Assembly (NCBI GenBank): GCA_913058335.1
Contig: CAJXPX010000001.1
Span: 182,618 to 246,617, forward strand
Direction: 5' to 3'
Origin: an uncultured Hyphomonadaceae bacterium
GTDB lineage: Bacteria; Pseudomonadota; Alphaproteobacteria; Caulobacterales; Maricaulaceae
Length of the DNA stretch: 64,000 nucleotides
The first letter of the stretch is position 1, and every line of letters begins with the position of its first letter. A program made the translations under genes and the position numbers. Of this stretch, positions 39,656-49,126 are shown piece by piece. Below the pieces are notes generated by a model. That model did not search any database. It saw only the letters and a program-made list of their open reading frames with translations, and was not told where the DNA came from.

Positions 39656-41290
39656 TTGAACCATCTTGCTTCGACGCCATCCTTAACTCTAGCTAATATT
39701 TTGATTCAAAGCACAAGTGAATTTCCTCTGCGTAAGGCGTTTGTCATGCCAGACTTTGAAATGACCTATGAACAGCTTTTCAAAGACTCTTTAAAAGTTG
39801 CAAAAGGTATTGTGGCTCTGGGGGTGAAGCCTCGCTCTCATATAGGGGTTCTTGCCACAAATGGCGGCCCTTTAATGACTGCTATATTCGGGGCCGCTCT
39901 TGCTAATTGTGTAGCTGTGCCCTTAAGCGCACGGCACAAGGCTCACGAGCTCGGCTATATTATTGAAAATGCTGATATTGAATTAATCCTGACAAGTGCC
40001 GCAGATATGCGTGTACTGGATTTCCAAAAAACCCTTTCGGAAGTATTTCCTGATCTGAATAATCATAGACGAAATCAAACTCTATCATTAAAAAGCGCGC
40101 CTCGTTTGAAAAACATAGTTATTTTAGACGGCGAGGCCCAGGAGGGCTTCATGTCCCGGGATCATTATGATTTACTCGCCGATAAGATTAATAAGAGCCA
40201 GGTTGAGAGTAGATATCGGAGCTTAGCCCCCCATAAAACAGCGGTGATCATTTACACATCTGGAACGACTGCGAACCCAAAAGGCTGTCTCCTATCTCAT
40301 AGAGCACTGATATCAGGCCCTCTTGATCGCGCTGAGGGCCGCCTACGTGTCAATACGCATGATGTCACATGGGGAGGAGGTCCTCTCTATCATATTGGGT
40401 CGCTTGCCCCTTTTATTGGTTCGATTGCGACAGGAGGTACATATCTGACAGATGTAGTCTTTGATGCTGGACGTGCCCTTGAACTTATGGAACGCGAAAA
40501 TGTAACTGTTGCATGGCCTTGGTTCTCGGCGATCATTCAATCGCTTATAAATCATGATAGCTTTTCAGATAAAAGGTTATCGGATCTTAGAAAAATCATG
40601 CTCATTGGACCTGAAGTCTTAATCCGGCATACTCAAGAATCCCTTCCCCAAGCAGAATGTATACAAGCCTGTGGCATGACAGAAACAGCCGGAATATTTG
40701 CTATTTCGGACGAGGATGAAACTCTTGAAGAGAAAGCAACAAGTAATGGCAAAGCGGTGCCGGGAGTCGACCTAAGAATTATTGATCCCGAGACAGGCGG
40801 CGACTTACCAGACGGCAAGATTGGCGAAATTCTTGTCAAAGGGCCTTGTTTAATGGAGGGATATTACCGTTCACCCGATAAAACGAGGGAGGCATTAGAT
40901 CAAGAGGGCTGGCTACATACTGGCGATCTATATCTGAGAACAGAAAGAGGCGGCCTCACTTTCAAGGGCCGTATCAAAGACATGCTCAAAGTTGGCGGGG
41001 AAAATGTAGCCGCAATAGAAATCGAGAGTTTTTTATGTAACCATCCTGCCGTGAAAACATGCGAAGTCGTCGGACGACCGGATGATAGATTAGATGAAGT
41101 CCCCGTTGCTTTTGTCGAATTACACGAAGGCTATGAAGTGACTGAACAAACCCTCACCTCTTTTTGCAAGGGAAAAATTGCAAGCTATAAAATACCACGC
41201 GCCATAGTGTTTATGTCATCAGATGACTGGCCAATGTCTGAAACTAAAGTCAATAAAAGAAAGTTGCGATCATATTTTGAGCCAGCATAG
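39656..41290 (+). CDS. Acyl-CoA synthetase (AMP-binding)
   Basis: YTSGTTANPKG, CGMTET, LHTGDL, GRIKDMLKVGGENVAA.EIE; TTG start. Confidence 0.92.
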   Translation: MNHLASTPSLTLANILIQSTSEFPLRKAFVMPDFEMTYEQLFKDSLKVAKGIVALGVKPRSHIGVLATNGGPLMTAIFGAALANCVAVPLSARHKAHELGYIIENADIELILTSAADMRVLDFQKTLSEVFPDLNNHRRNQTLSLKSAPRLKNIVILDGEAQEGFMSRDHYDLLADKINKSQVESRYRSLAPHKTAVIIYTSGTTANPKGCLLSHRALISGPLDRAEGRLRVNTHDVTWGGGPLYHIGSLAPFIGSIATGGTYLTDVVFDAGRALELMERENVTVAWPWFSAIIQSLINHDSFSDKRLSDLRKIMLIGPEVLIRHTQESLPQAECIQACGMTETAGIFAISDEDETLEEKATSNGKAVPGVDLRIIDPETGGDLPDGKIGEILVKGPCLMEGYYRSPDKTREALDQEGWLHTGDLYLRTERGGLTFKGRIKDMLKVGGENVAAIEIESFLCNHPAVKTCEVVGRPDDRLDEVPVAFVELHEGYEVTEQTLTSFCKGKIASYKIPRAIVFMSSDDWPMSETKVNKRKLRSYFEPA

Positions 41291-41416
41291 ATTCACCCTC
41301 CCCTTTATAATTCAATGTTCCTTTTTGCCTCTTTAAATACTACGACCGAGCGCTAATATCGGTTCGGTTTTTCAGACGTAAAAATTATACAATAAATACC
41401 CGTTTTTTCAGCTCTA

Positions 41417-42070
41417 TTATTCAGAAGATGCCATACCTCCGAAAAATATTTTTACGAATGCATCTGAAACTTCTGAAGCCTTATATACTCCATCGGGATG
41501 ATACCACCGATGGGTCCAGTTCAACATTCCGAAAATCGCGTTAGCGGCCAAGCTCACAGGGACATCCTGACGAATTTTCCCACTTGATTTCAAGGAAGAT
41601 AATAATCCAAGGACGAGTTGTTGAAATTTTTGAGTTTGCGCGGATATTTCCTTGGCCCACGGACTGTTTTCGTTCGCGATTCGCTTCATTTCCTCTTGTA
41701 TGTAAACATACATATTTGGATAGTTCTCATCATAGGCTTTCATCAATTGCCTGATGATCGCTTCTAGTTTTTCTCTGTCTTCTAACCCCGTATCTTCGAA
41801 AATTTTTTCACATTCAATAATATTGGCCTTCACTCCGTGACGTAGACACTCTCTGAAAAGCTCTTCTTTACTGCCGAAATAATAATACATAGTCGCACGC
41901 TCAAGCCCGGCGTGCTGACTAATTTGAGAAAACGAAGTTGCCCGAAATCCATTATCTTTGAATTTTCTTGCAGCAATCGTGACGATTTCATCGCGCTTGG
42001 CAATATAATCTTCTTTTCCTTCAAGGAATGCCGACTGGCGGCGCTTAGACATGTTAGAGTTTTTCTGCAT
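41417..42070 (-). CDS. TetR family regulator, KstR2-like C-terminal domain
   Basis: HTH AARKFKDNGFRATSFSQISQHAGLERATMYYYFGSKEELF; C-terminal FGMLNWTHRWYHPDG. Confidence 0.9.
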   Translation of the reverse strand: MQKNSNMSKRRQSAFLEGKEDYIAKRDEIVTIAARKFKDNGFRATSFSQISQHAGLERATMYYYFGSKEELFRECLRHGVKANIIECEKIFEDTGLEDREKLEAIIRQLMKAYDENYPNMYVYIQEEMKRIANENSPWAKEISAQTQKFQQLVLGLLSSLKSSGKIRQDVPVSLAANAIFGMLNWTHRWYHPDGVYKASEVSDAFVKIFFGGMASSE

Positions 42071-42241
42071 GAAAACTTGTTACAGAAAGTTTTAGATAAA
42101 CGCCAGTAACCTTTCCCGGAATTGTTTCTAATCTGTGATAATTGGCTCTAGCCGCTTAGAAAAGGGGCTGGAAGCCTCAAACGTAAACCTAACCTAGTCA
42201 TATCTGAGAACCAGCTTCAATTTAATATTTAAATACATTCT

Positions 42242-43012
42242 TTAATAGCCAGTCCAACTTGGACGACGCCCTTCAGAAGCAGCCTTATCCCGTTCCTTTA
42301 CGTCTTCACTTTCAGCATATTTTTCGATTTCCTCAAAACGGGTCATTAAAGCCACGTCGAGAGGATATCCTAACCGACTGAGTGCAGCGGCCTTGGCCGC
42401 TTGGTTAGCTCTCGGAGCACACTTATTAACTTTATGAGCCCATTTAAGAGCTACTTCATCTAACTGTCCAAATTCAACGACCTCATTTACCAACCCATAT
42501 TGCAGAGCAGCGGCAGAATCGATTCGTTCCCCCGTGAGTATCATAGCCATGGCAATCCGATGAGGAAGCTGGCGCACAGCGCGATGCACGACGCCGCATT
42601 CACCGATAATTCCGTGACGCGTTTCAGGTAATCCAAATTGAGCATTATTTGCGGCCACAATTATATCAGAACACATAGCAAGCTCAAAGCCACCCCCTAC
42701 ACAAAAGCCTTGTACCGCCGAGATCAAAGGTTTTTGCAGTTTAACCATTGGGCCGCCAATGCCAGTTAAACCGCCGGCAAGTGCCATACGGGATTTCCGC
42801 TCGGGCCCATCGGAAATATCGGCCCCGATACAAAACGCTTTTTCGCCATCGGCAGACAGAACTGCGCACCAAATCTCGGGATTAGTATTAATCTCTTCCC
42901 AAGCTTCAAATAACAACTCGTCCATATGCCCCGAAATAGCGTTCATCTTGTCAGGCATATTCAATCTAACATGTGCTACATGGCCATCGATTTTGAATTC
43001 TACATCAGCCAT
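42242..43012 (-). CDS. Enoyl-CoA hydratase/isomerase
   Basis: AFCIGADI, VQGFCVGGGFELAMCSDI, FGLPE. Confidence 0.92.
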   Translation of the reverse strand: MADVEFKIDGHVAHVRLNMPDKMNAISGHMDELLFEAWEEINTNPEIWCAVLSADGEKAFCIGADISDGPERKSRMALAGGLTGIGGPMVKLQKPLISAVQGFCVGGGFELAMCSDIIVAANNAQFGLPETRHGIIGECGVVHRAVRQLPHRIAMAMILTGERIDSAAALQYGLVNEVVEFGQLDEVALKWAHKVNKCAPRANQAAKAAALSRLGYPLDVALMTRFEEIEKYAESEDVKERDKAASEGRRPSWTGY

Positions 43013-43013
43013 T

Positions 43014-43844
43014 TTATTCTATTCCTTTATATTTATCGAATATTTTTGTGGAGTTTAAGCCGCGAAACTCTTTTAAAACTGCTTTTAAACCTTCATCGCT
43101 GATACGCCGTCTCAGGTCTTGCACAGACGGTTCCAAATGGAGAATGGCGTCGCTTTCAGCAACAGCATTGATAGCTGTTAAAAAGCCAGCCGCCTCCATT
43201 GCCCTGTTAATGGATTGTTTTTTTACTGTTAAAACCTCAGCCGGGATCAAAGCTATCCTAGAAGCTAAATCTTCTGCGCAGGAAATCAAGTTTTTTACCG
43301 GCACAACGGCATTTGCCAATCCCCACTTTTCTGCTGTCCGGCCGTCAATATAATTTCCTGGTAAAAAAGCAAATTCCTTGGCCCGCTTTGGGCCAACCTG
43401 ACTTACCCAAGACGGGGCTATATACCCTCCTCCCAAGGGTAAACCCGGCTCTGAAATCAATGCGTCTTCCGCCACGATGACCAAATCGGAAAAGACAGGG
43501 ATATGAGCGGCTACACCCATACAAAATCCATGTATTGCAACTATCACCGGCTTGGGACATCTCCAAATGGCCAACCATCTATCAAGGTTTTGCCGGAGCC
43601 GCTGAACATCCTGAAGAGGAGTAGAAACAGCATTGTATTCTGTTAAATCAACGCCGGCGCTAAAGCCTTTCCCACTCCCCCGTATTCCAATAACGGGGGC
43701 ACCCTCTTTAGTCAGTAAATCCAGTGCCTCAGAGAAACTTTCTAGAAGCAAATGAGACAAGGCATTAGCAGCTTCTGGCCTATCAAAGACAATCCAGTCA
43801 ATCGCTTCGCCACGCTCAATCCTTAATGGGGCTTTCTCAGTCAC
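43014..43844 (-). CDS. Enoyl-CoA hydratase/isomerase family protein
   Basis: DRPEAANAL, FSAGVDL, CPKPVIVAIHGFCMG. Confidence 0.9.
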   Translation of the reverse strand: MTEKAPLRIERGEAIDWIVFDRPEAANALSHLLLESFSEALDLLTKEGAPVIGIRGSGKGFSAGVDLTEYNAVSTPLQDVQRLRQNLDRWLAIWRCPKPVIVAIHGFCMGVAAHIPVFSDLVIVAEDALISEPGLPLGGGYIAPSWVSQVGPKRAKEFAFLPGNYIDGRTAEKWGLANAVVPVKNLISCAEDLASRIALIPAEVLTVKKQSINRAMEAAGFLTAINAVAESDAILHLEPSVQDLRRRISDEGLKAVLKEFRGLNSTKIFDKYKGIE

Positions 43845-43846
43845 GA

Positions 43847-44314
43847 CTATGCGTTACGCCCAATCGGATTTGACGCCTTGACGTGGTAATCAGTTGTCAT
43901 TGTGGCGCGTAGCTCACGTTTCTTGAACTTCCATTTCCCGTCCACCTTTACAAGTGTATCATGATATTGGCCGTACAAAATCCCGTCGGGGCGTTCTTTG
44001 GTATAACGGTGAATAGCGAGGACGATAGTTCGAGTTGTGACCTCTGTCGAAGAGATGAAATCAATGACAGTGCCGCTATTATGGTGACTGGTTCCTTTGA
44101 AGAAAGTCCCAATTCCATCAAGAGTCTTCTTATATTCTTCAATTCCTTTTGCTCCAAAATTAGGAGCATAGCTAATCTCGCAATCTTCTACGAATAGCTC
44201 GACCATTTTATCAGGCATATTCATATCAAGAAAATATGCATAATCGGAAATTACGCGTTCAATTGCATGGCTTTCAACCACCTTCTCAATTTCTGTTAGG
44301 TTTATACCTGTCAT
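43847..44314 (-). CDS. NTF2/SnoaL-like protein (BaiE/LinA-type fold)
   Basis: IERVISDYAYFLD, TSHHNSG, GQYHDTLVKVDGKWKFKKR. Confidence 0.85.
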   Translation of the reverse strand: MTGINLTEIEKVVESHAIERVISDYAYFLDMNMPDKMVELFVEDCEISYAPNFGAKGIEEYKKTLDGIGTFFKGTSHHNSGTVIDFISSTEVTTRTIVLAIHRYTKERPDGILYGQYHDTLVKVDGKWKFKKRELRATMTTDYHVKASNPIGRNA

Positions 44315-44339
44315 ATGGGTTTCTCCATGGGTTTGATTT

Positions 44340-44753
44340 TTAAATTAAGTCTGAATCATTTAAATCGACCTGCGCGGTCAAAGTGAGAACATTCTCTCCT
44401 GAAACATGTGCTTTGCATGCGATAGTCGCTATTTTTGCCTCATCATCAATGTCTATGATTTCTCCAGAACATTCGACGCGGTCATTCTCAAAAATACTTC
44501 CAAGAAATCTAGCTTTGCTATATACAACGCGGTCAGCTCGGCCCAAATTTCGGGCAATCATCGTAAGTAAAAAACCAACCGCAACAGGGCCTTGCGTTAC
44601 TAGGCGTTCACCTAAACCCAAAGACTGTGAAGCCTTAGGATTAAAATGAATTGGATTAGGGTCATCCATTAATGCCGCGACGAGCCGCATGGTATCTCCC
44701 CTAACTTGCTCTACGACAAAAGGGTCGAGTTTCTGCCCGACTTCAAGCCGCAA
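44340..44753 (-). CDS. MaoC-like (R)-hydratase/dehydratase
   Basis: DDPNPIHFN...LVTQGP hydratase motif. Start reassigned to TTG 44753, behind a GAGGAG RBS, which removes most of the track overlap. Confidence 0.85.
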   Translation of the reverse strand: MRLEVGQKLDPFVVEQVRGDTMRLVAALMDDPNPIHFNPKASQSLGLGERLVTQGPVAVGFLLTMIARNLGRADRVVYSKARFLGSIFENDRVECSGEIIDIDDEAKIATIACKAHVSGENVLTLTAQVDLNDSDLI

Positions 44754-45174
44754 GGTTTGTCTCCTCAAATCGACGAATAATCCATGTCTGATTGACGAGA
44801 CTAACTTCCAGTCCGGCCTCTGCATCCTTGATAGTATAACCAAGTTTGACTCTATCAAATACGCCGGATTTCCGACCGGTTTTGCGTTCACTTCGTATAA
44901 GTCGCATTTTTACAAGATAAGGTGTTTGTAGTTTTAAGGGGCTGATAGACTTGATCGCAAGTTCACCAAATAACACATTTTTTGCATCTGTTTTTAAATG
45001 CGTCATAACTTCTGATATCGAAGCCCCAGCCCCGCGAAAGGCAATCATGACAGAAATTGAAGGTAATATTCCAACAATCTGATCCGCATTCACAGATTGC
45101 GACCAAAGGGTAGAGTGATGGGGCTGGAGGGTAAAATATCCATCCGGAAAGTCATAAGGCACCTGAATCGACAT
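44743..45174 (-). CDS. Hot-dog-fold partner protein (MaoC/FAS1-dehydratase-like), hypothetical
   Basis: Pattern PLKLQTPYLVKMRLIRSERKTGRKSGVFDRV; coupled on both sides within the operon. Confidence 0.65.
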   Translation of the reverse strand: MSIQVPYDFPDGYFTLQPHHSTLWSQSVNADQIVGILPSISVMIAFRGAGASISEVMTHLKTDAKNVLFGELAIKSISPLKLQTPYLVKMRLIRSERKTGRKSGVFDRVKLGYTIKDAEAGLEVSLVNQTWIIRRFEETNLAA

Positions 45175-46289
45175 TACTTTCTGTCCGCTTTTTTGGGGTG
45201 CGCATAAGCGTGCTCGCGAACATGCCTGCTGGCTAATTCGGGGCGACGAGTAAGAATATTATCCCAGAATCTATGGAGTTGGTCTTCTGCCGAATAGTCA
45301 AAGTCTTGCGGTCCTAGACGACCTTGTTTCCCGTCAACCTTTGGAGGGTTCTCAATCCAGAAACCAACGGTCTGTTTTATCCAGTCAACAGGATCAACCA
45401 CATCTTGATAACCTAATTCGTCACGAGCTTTAAGGTTACTCACCAATTGGTGACGGATTCGCCCGTCGGAGACATCGTCTTCACGTATCCAACTATATTC
45501 TCCCGCGAGAGGGACAGAGCTAGACCCCAAGGGGGCAATAGTGGCAGGAATATCAACGAAATCAAATTCCCAGTTTAATGTCGCCGCGATTAAAGAAATC
45601 CACTCCCTGTAACTAAACTGGCGGGATTCTGCGACATTGTAAATTTTTCCTGCAGACACATTTGGCTTATCTAGTGCCAAAAGCACGAATTCAGCAGCGT
45701 TCGGAGAAGCGCATCGCGTTGTCAAACCCAGGCCACCGGATTGCAGGGTCCAGCGTTTGCGTTTATCAAGAACACGTTGGATGACATGCCATTCTAAAGG
45801 CGCTACGGCATATGGACCGTAAACATAAGGGTAGCGGAGAACTGTGGAAGAAAAATCCCCACGCTCCCCTGCGGCGATTACAGAATCTTCTGTTTCAATA
45901 ATTTTTGGGATTAGCTTCTCCAGCCCTTTCGGAGCGTTTTCAGGGCTTTCCCTTGGGGTGAATTCGGTCGTTGGAACCCCGAGCTCAGCCCCTACAACCG
46001 GCATACCACTTATTGAAATAAAATGATTTGTATTACCCGCAAGGACTTCTGCAAGATAACGTACTCGCCCATAAGTCGCGACAACTACATCCCACTTTCT
46101 GCCCTTGAGATCTGCTTGAATATTTTCTTTATGATGAGGGTCGCCGTGAATATGCTCCAGATCCATGAGCTCTGGAACCTCATGTGTACCGCGATGATAA
46201 ATTGTTACTTCATAACCACGCTTTCTCAAACCGGCCACGATAGCAACCCCCGTTGCGGCCGTTCCTCCGATAACCAGTGCAGTTTTCAC
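45174..46289 (-). CDS. NAD-dependent epimerase/dehydratase (extended/atypical SDR)
   Basis: ALVIGGTAATG, YHRGTH, LRYPYVYGP. Confidence 0.82.
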   Translation of the reverse strand: MKTALVIGGTAATGVAIVAGLRKRGYEVTIYHRGTHEVPELMDLEHIHGDPHHKENIQADLKGRKWDVVVATYGRVRYLAEVLAGNTNHFISISGMPVVGAELGVPTTEFTPRESPENAPKGLEKLIPKIIETEDSVIAAGERGDFSSTVLRYPYVYGPYAVAPLEWHVIQRVLDKRKRWTLQSGGLGLTTRCASPNAAEFVLLALDKPNVSAGKIYNVAESRQFSYREWISLIAATLNWEFDFVDIPATIAPLGSSSVPLAGEYSWIREDDVSDGRIRHQLVSNLKARDELGYQDVVDPVDWIKQTVGFWIENPPKVDGKQGRLGPQDFDYSAEDQLHRFWDNILTRRPELASRHVREHAYAHPKKADRK

Positions 46290-46384
46290 CTAACAACTCC
46301 AAATTCTCGACGCATCCAAACTTATTTGTCTCCCGCCCGATATCTATTTAATTCGGACATAGTTTTAAAGGACTAGCTTAGAGT

Positions 46385-46426
46385 GTCAACATATATGTTG
46401 ACTATCGTTTTGTAGGAAAATATGTT
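46385..46426. promoter_or_regulatory. Operator palindrome carrying back-to-back -35 hexamers
   Basis: GTCAACATATATGTTGAC 46385-46402; plus-strand TTGACT-N17-TATGTT; minus-strand TTGACA at 46389-46384. Confidence 0.75.
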
Positions 46427-46469
46427 AGATTGAAATATATAATACGCCTCAAGGGGAGACTTCTTAACT

Positions 46470-48056
46470 ATGCCTGTCAATAAACCTATGACGAAAGCTG
46501 AATCGAATTCAGCTCAGCCAAATCTAGACATTCATTTTGAAGCTGCAATTCGCAACTATGCGGAACATACACCGCTGCGACCAGCAATTACATTTGGTGA
46601 CAGGACCATTAGCTATTCAGAATTTAACAGCCTTGCCAATCAACTTGCGAATGGATTTCTTAAACTTGGCTGCAAAGCAGGAGATCGAATTGCGGTAGTT
46701 TTGAAAAATTGCCAAGAAAGTTTCCTTACTCTTTTGGCGGCTCGTAAAATCGGGGCCGTTCAAGTTGCAATCAACTCACGTTATCGCCCCGCTGAAATTT
46801 CTTGGATTGTGAATGATTGCAAAGCCGATATTTTAGTCATCGAGAACGATTTGATCCCGGAAGCGCAAAAAATATCAGATTTGATTGCTCGCCCAATACA
46901 TATGTTTTCTTCCGGCTTGGGCAGTGAAAGCATACCTAACTTACAACAATGGGCTAAAGCATATTCCGAGGCTGAACACGACAGAGTCTCTCAGAGAGAG
47001 GATGTGGCAATTCAGCTTTACACATCTGGAACGACCGGCAATCCAAAGGGGGCGATGATTACGAATGCAAATCTAAGATCATTTTTTCTTAATTCCGCCG
47101 AAGCCATCCCCATGCGCCAGCACGGGAACCACCTTATCATGTTACCCCTTTTCCATGTTGCAGCGCTTATCTGGTCAATACGCGCTTTTGTTCATGGAGG
47201 ACACTGCATCGGGATAGGTGAATTCGACGCGAAGGCAGTTTTAGATATAATCCCAAAATATCAGATCAACGATTTCGCGACGGTAAATACTGTGCTTAAT
47301 ATGCTCGCACAAGAGGCTGGGCCAGAAGATGATTTTTCTAGCCTGGAGGCCATTATTGTTGGAGGCGGAGCTTTTGGCGAAAAGAACGCACGGCAAGCAA
47401 TAGAGCTTTTTGGATGCCCCCTTTACTCCATGTATGGCTCAACCGAGTTGACATTCGGCGTGACTGTTTTGAAAATGGATGAGTTGTTATTGCTTAAACC
47501 TGATTTACTGGAATCTTGCGGTAAACCCATGCGGGACATAGAGCTCGGAATATTCGGAGTTGAAAACCAGAAGCCTCTTAATGATGAGCAGGTTGGAGAG
47601 CTTTGGGTGAGAGGGGGGCAAAAGAGTTTAGGCTATTGGAACAACCCCGAAGGGACACGTCAGGCTTTTCGAAAAGATGGCTGGTTTAGAACAGGTGATA
47701 TTGGATATCTTAAAGACGGGTATTTATATATTAGTGACCGATTAAAGGATATGATTAAAAGTGGAGGAGAAAATGTATACCCGGCCGAAGTTGAGCGACG
47801 TCTAAATAATCATCCAGACATTGCGGAAGCAATTGTGATTGGCATTCCACATCCGAAGTGGGAAGAAACTGTCCACGCTTTGGTAATTTGCCGTAAAGAC
47901 GCCACGATTAATGAAGCAGAGGTTATAGAATATGCTAGAGAAAACATGGCTAAATTTAAATGCCCCCGCTCCGTGGAATTCGTAGAAGATGTCCCGCGCA
48001 CACCCTCCGGGAAGCCTAAAAAGAACGTGATTAGAGACCCTTACTGGGCCAATTAA
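46470..48056 (+). CDS. Long-chain-fatty-acid--CoA ligase-like enzyme
   Basis: YTSGTTGNPKG, YGSTE, FRTGDIG, DRLKDMIKSGGENVYPAEVE, PRTPSGK. Confidence 0.93.
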   Translation: MPVNKPMTKAESNSAQPNLDIHFEAAIRNYAEHTPLRPAITFGDRTISYSEFNSLANQLANGFLKLGCKAGDRIAVVLKNCQESFLTLLAARKIGAVQVAINSRYRPAEISWIVNDCKADILVIENDLIPEAQKISDLIARPIHMFSSGLGSESIPNLQQWAKAYSEAEHDRVSQREDVAIQLYTSGTTGNPKGAMITNANLRSFFLNSAEAIPMRQHGNHLIMLPLFHVAALIWSIRAFVHGGHCIGIGEFDAKAVLDIIPKYQINDFATVNTVLNMLAQEAGPEDDFSSLEAIIVGGGAFGEKNARQAIELFGCPLYSMYGSTELTFGVTVLKMDELLLLKPDLLESCGKPMRDIELGIFGVENQKPLNDEQVGELWVRGGQKSLGYWNNPEGTRQAFRKDGWFRTGDIGYLKDGYLYISDRLKDMIKSGGENVYPAEVERRLNNHPDIAEAIVIGIPHPKWEETVHALVICRKDATINEAEVIEYARENMAKFKCPRSVEFVEDVPRTPSGKPKKNVIRDPYWAN

Positions 48057-48197
48057 TAATAAGAACCATTTAATCGCATTCAGTTATTGTATAAATAATA
48101 CAATAGAGTCCCTAAACATATTCATTTTTTTGAGTTCTATGAAGTAAAAAATTTCTAAAAAACCGGATTCGGTTATTCAGTATAAAATGAGATAAGA

Positions 48198-48992
48198 TTA
48201 AGTGGCTTGATTAGCTGCATATTTTTGCATTCCTAATATCCATTTATCAATATCAGCAACTTTTCGCTCGGCGAATTTTTGAGTTTCCTCATGCGTCAAG
48301 ATTAAAAACTGTTCCTTTGCCAACGCTTCCACGACCTGCATGGCAACGTCTTCAGATTCCAACATGACACCCCCTGAGGTTACAGCGCTTCCCGCCCCAG
48401 TTTCTATTGCATCTTCTATCATTTTAGTTCTTACGACCTGAGGGCAAAGCGCGCTTACCTTAATACCTTGTAAGCCATAGGTAATCGAAAGCCATTCAGC
48501 AAAGGCTAAGGCCCCGTGCTTCGTCACCGCATAGGGCGCTGCTCCCACACTTGTAAGCATTCCAGCGGCAGAACATGTGTTTAACAAATATCCTTCTCCC
48601 CGTTCTAACATATCGGGTAATACTGCATTAGCGGCGTTGACGTGAGCCATGACGTTAACATCCCAAGCACGTTGCCATTCGGAAGTTGGGGTCGATTGGT
48701 CACCGGAAACAATAATGCCAGCATTCGAACAAAAAAGATCAATTTGGCCAAACTCTTTGATTGTTGAACTTACAACCACCTCTAGGTCTAAACGGTTAGC
48801 CACATCACATTTCATAAATCTGATGTTATTAAAGGTTTTGCCAATGTTTTGAGCAAGGCTTTCGACTCCTTTTTCATCTATGTCGCAAATTACCACCGCT
48901 TTCGCATTCAACATAGAAAAGCGTTTAGCCAATGCCGCGCCAATGCCATTCGCAGCCCCAGTAACGACTATAACTTTACCTTTAATTTCCAT
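48198..48992 (-). CDS. Short-chain dehydrogenase/reductase
   Basis: TGAANGIG, CSNAG, YAVTK catalytic motif. Confidence 0.93.
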   Translation of the reverse strand: MEIKGKVIVVTGAANGIGAALAKRFSMLNAKAVVICDIDEKGVESLAQNIGKTFNNIRFMKCDVANRLDLEVVVSSTIKEFGQIDLFCSNAGIIVSGDQSTPTSEWQRAWDVNVMAHVNAANAVLPDMLERGEGYLLNTCSAAGMLTSVGAAPYAVTKHGALAFAEWLSITYGLQGIKVSALCPQVVRTKMIEDAIETGAGSAVTSGGVMLESEDVAMQVVEALAKEQFLILTHEETQKFAERKVADIDKWILGMQKYAANQAT

Positions 48993-49005
48993 TTAATCTC
49001 TTTCT

Positions 49006-49046
49006 GTAAACACATGTGTTGACTAATGAATTTAATTAGCTATTAT
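49006..49046. promoter_or_regulatory. Operator palindrome (variant) and promoter between the SDR and the TonB receptor
   Basis: GTAAACACATGTGTTGAC 49006-49023; TTGACT-N16-TATTAT on the plus strand. Confidence 0.7.
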
Positions 49047-49126
49047 TCATAGAATAGCTGGTTAAGCAATAGAAATTGCGCCTAGCCATTATAAAGAAAT
49101 TAATTATGTCTAGGGGAGAATGTATT

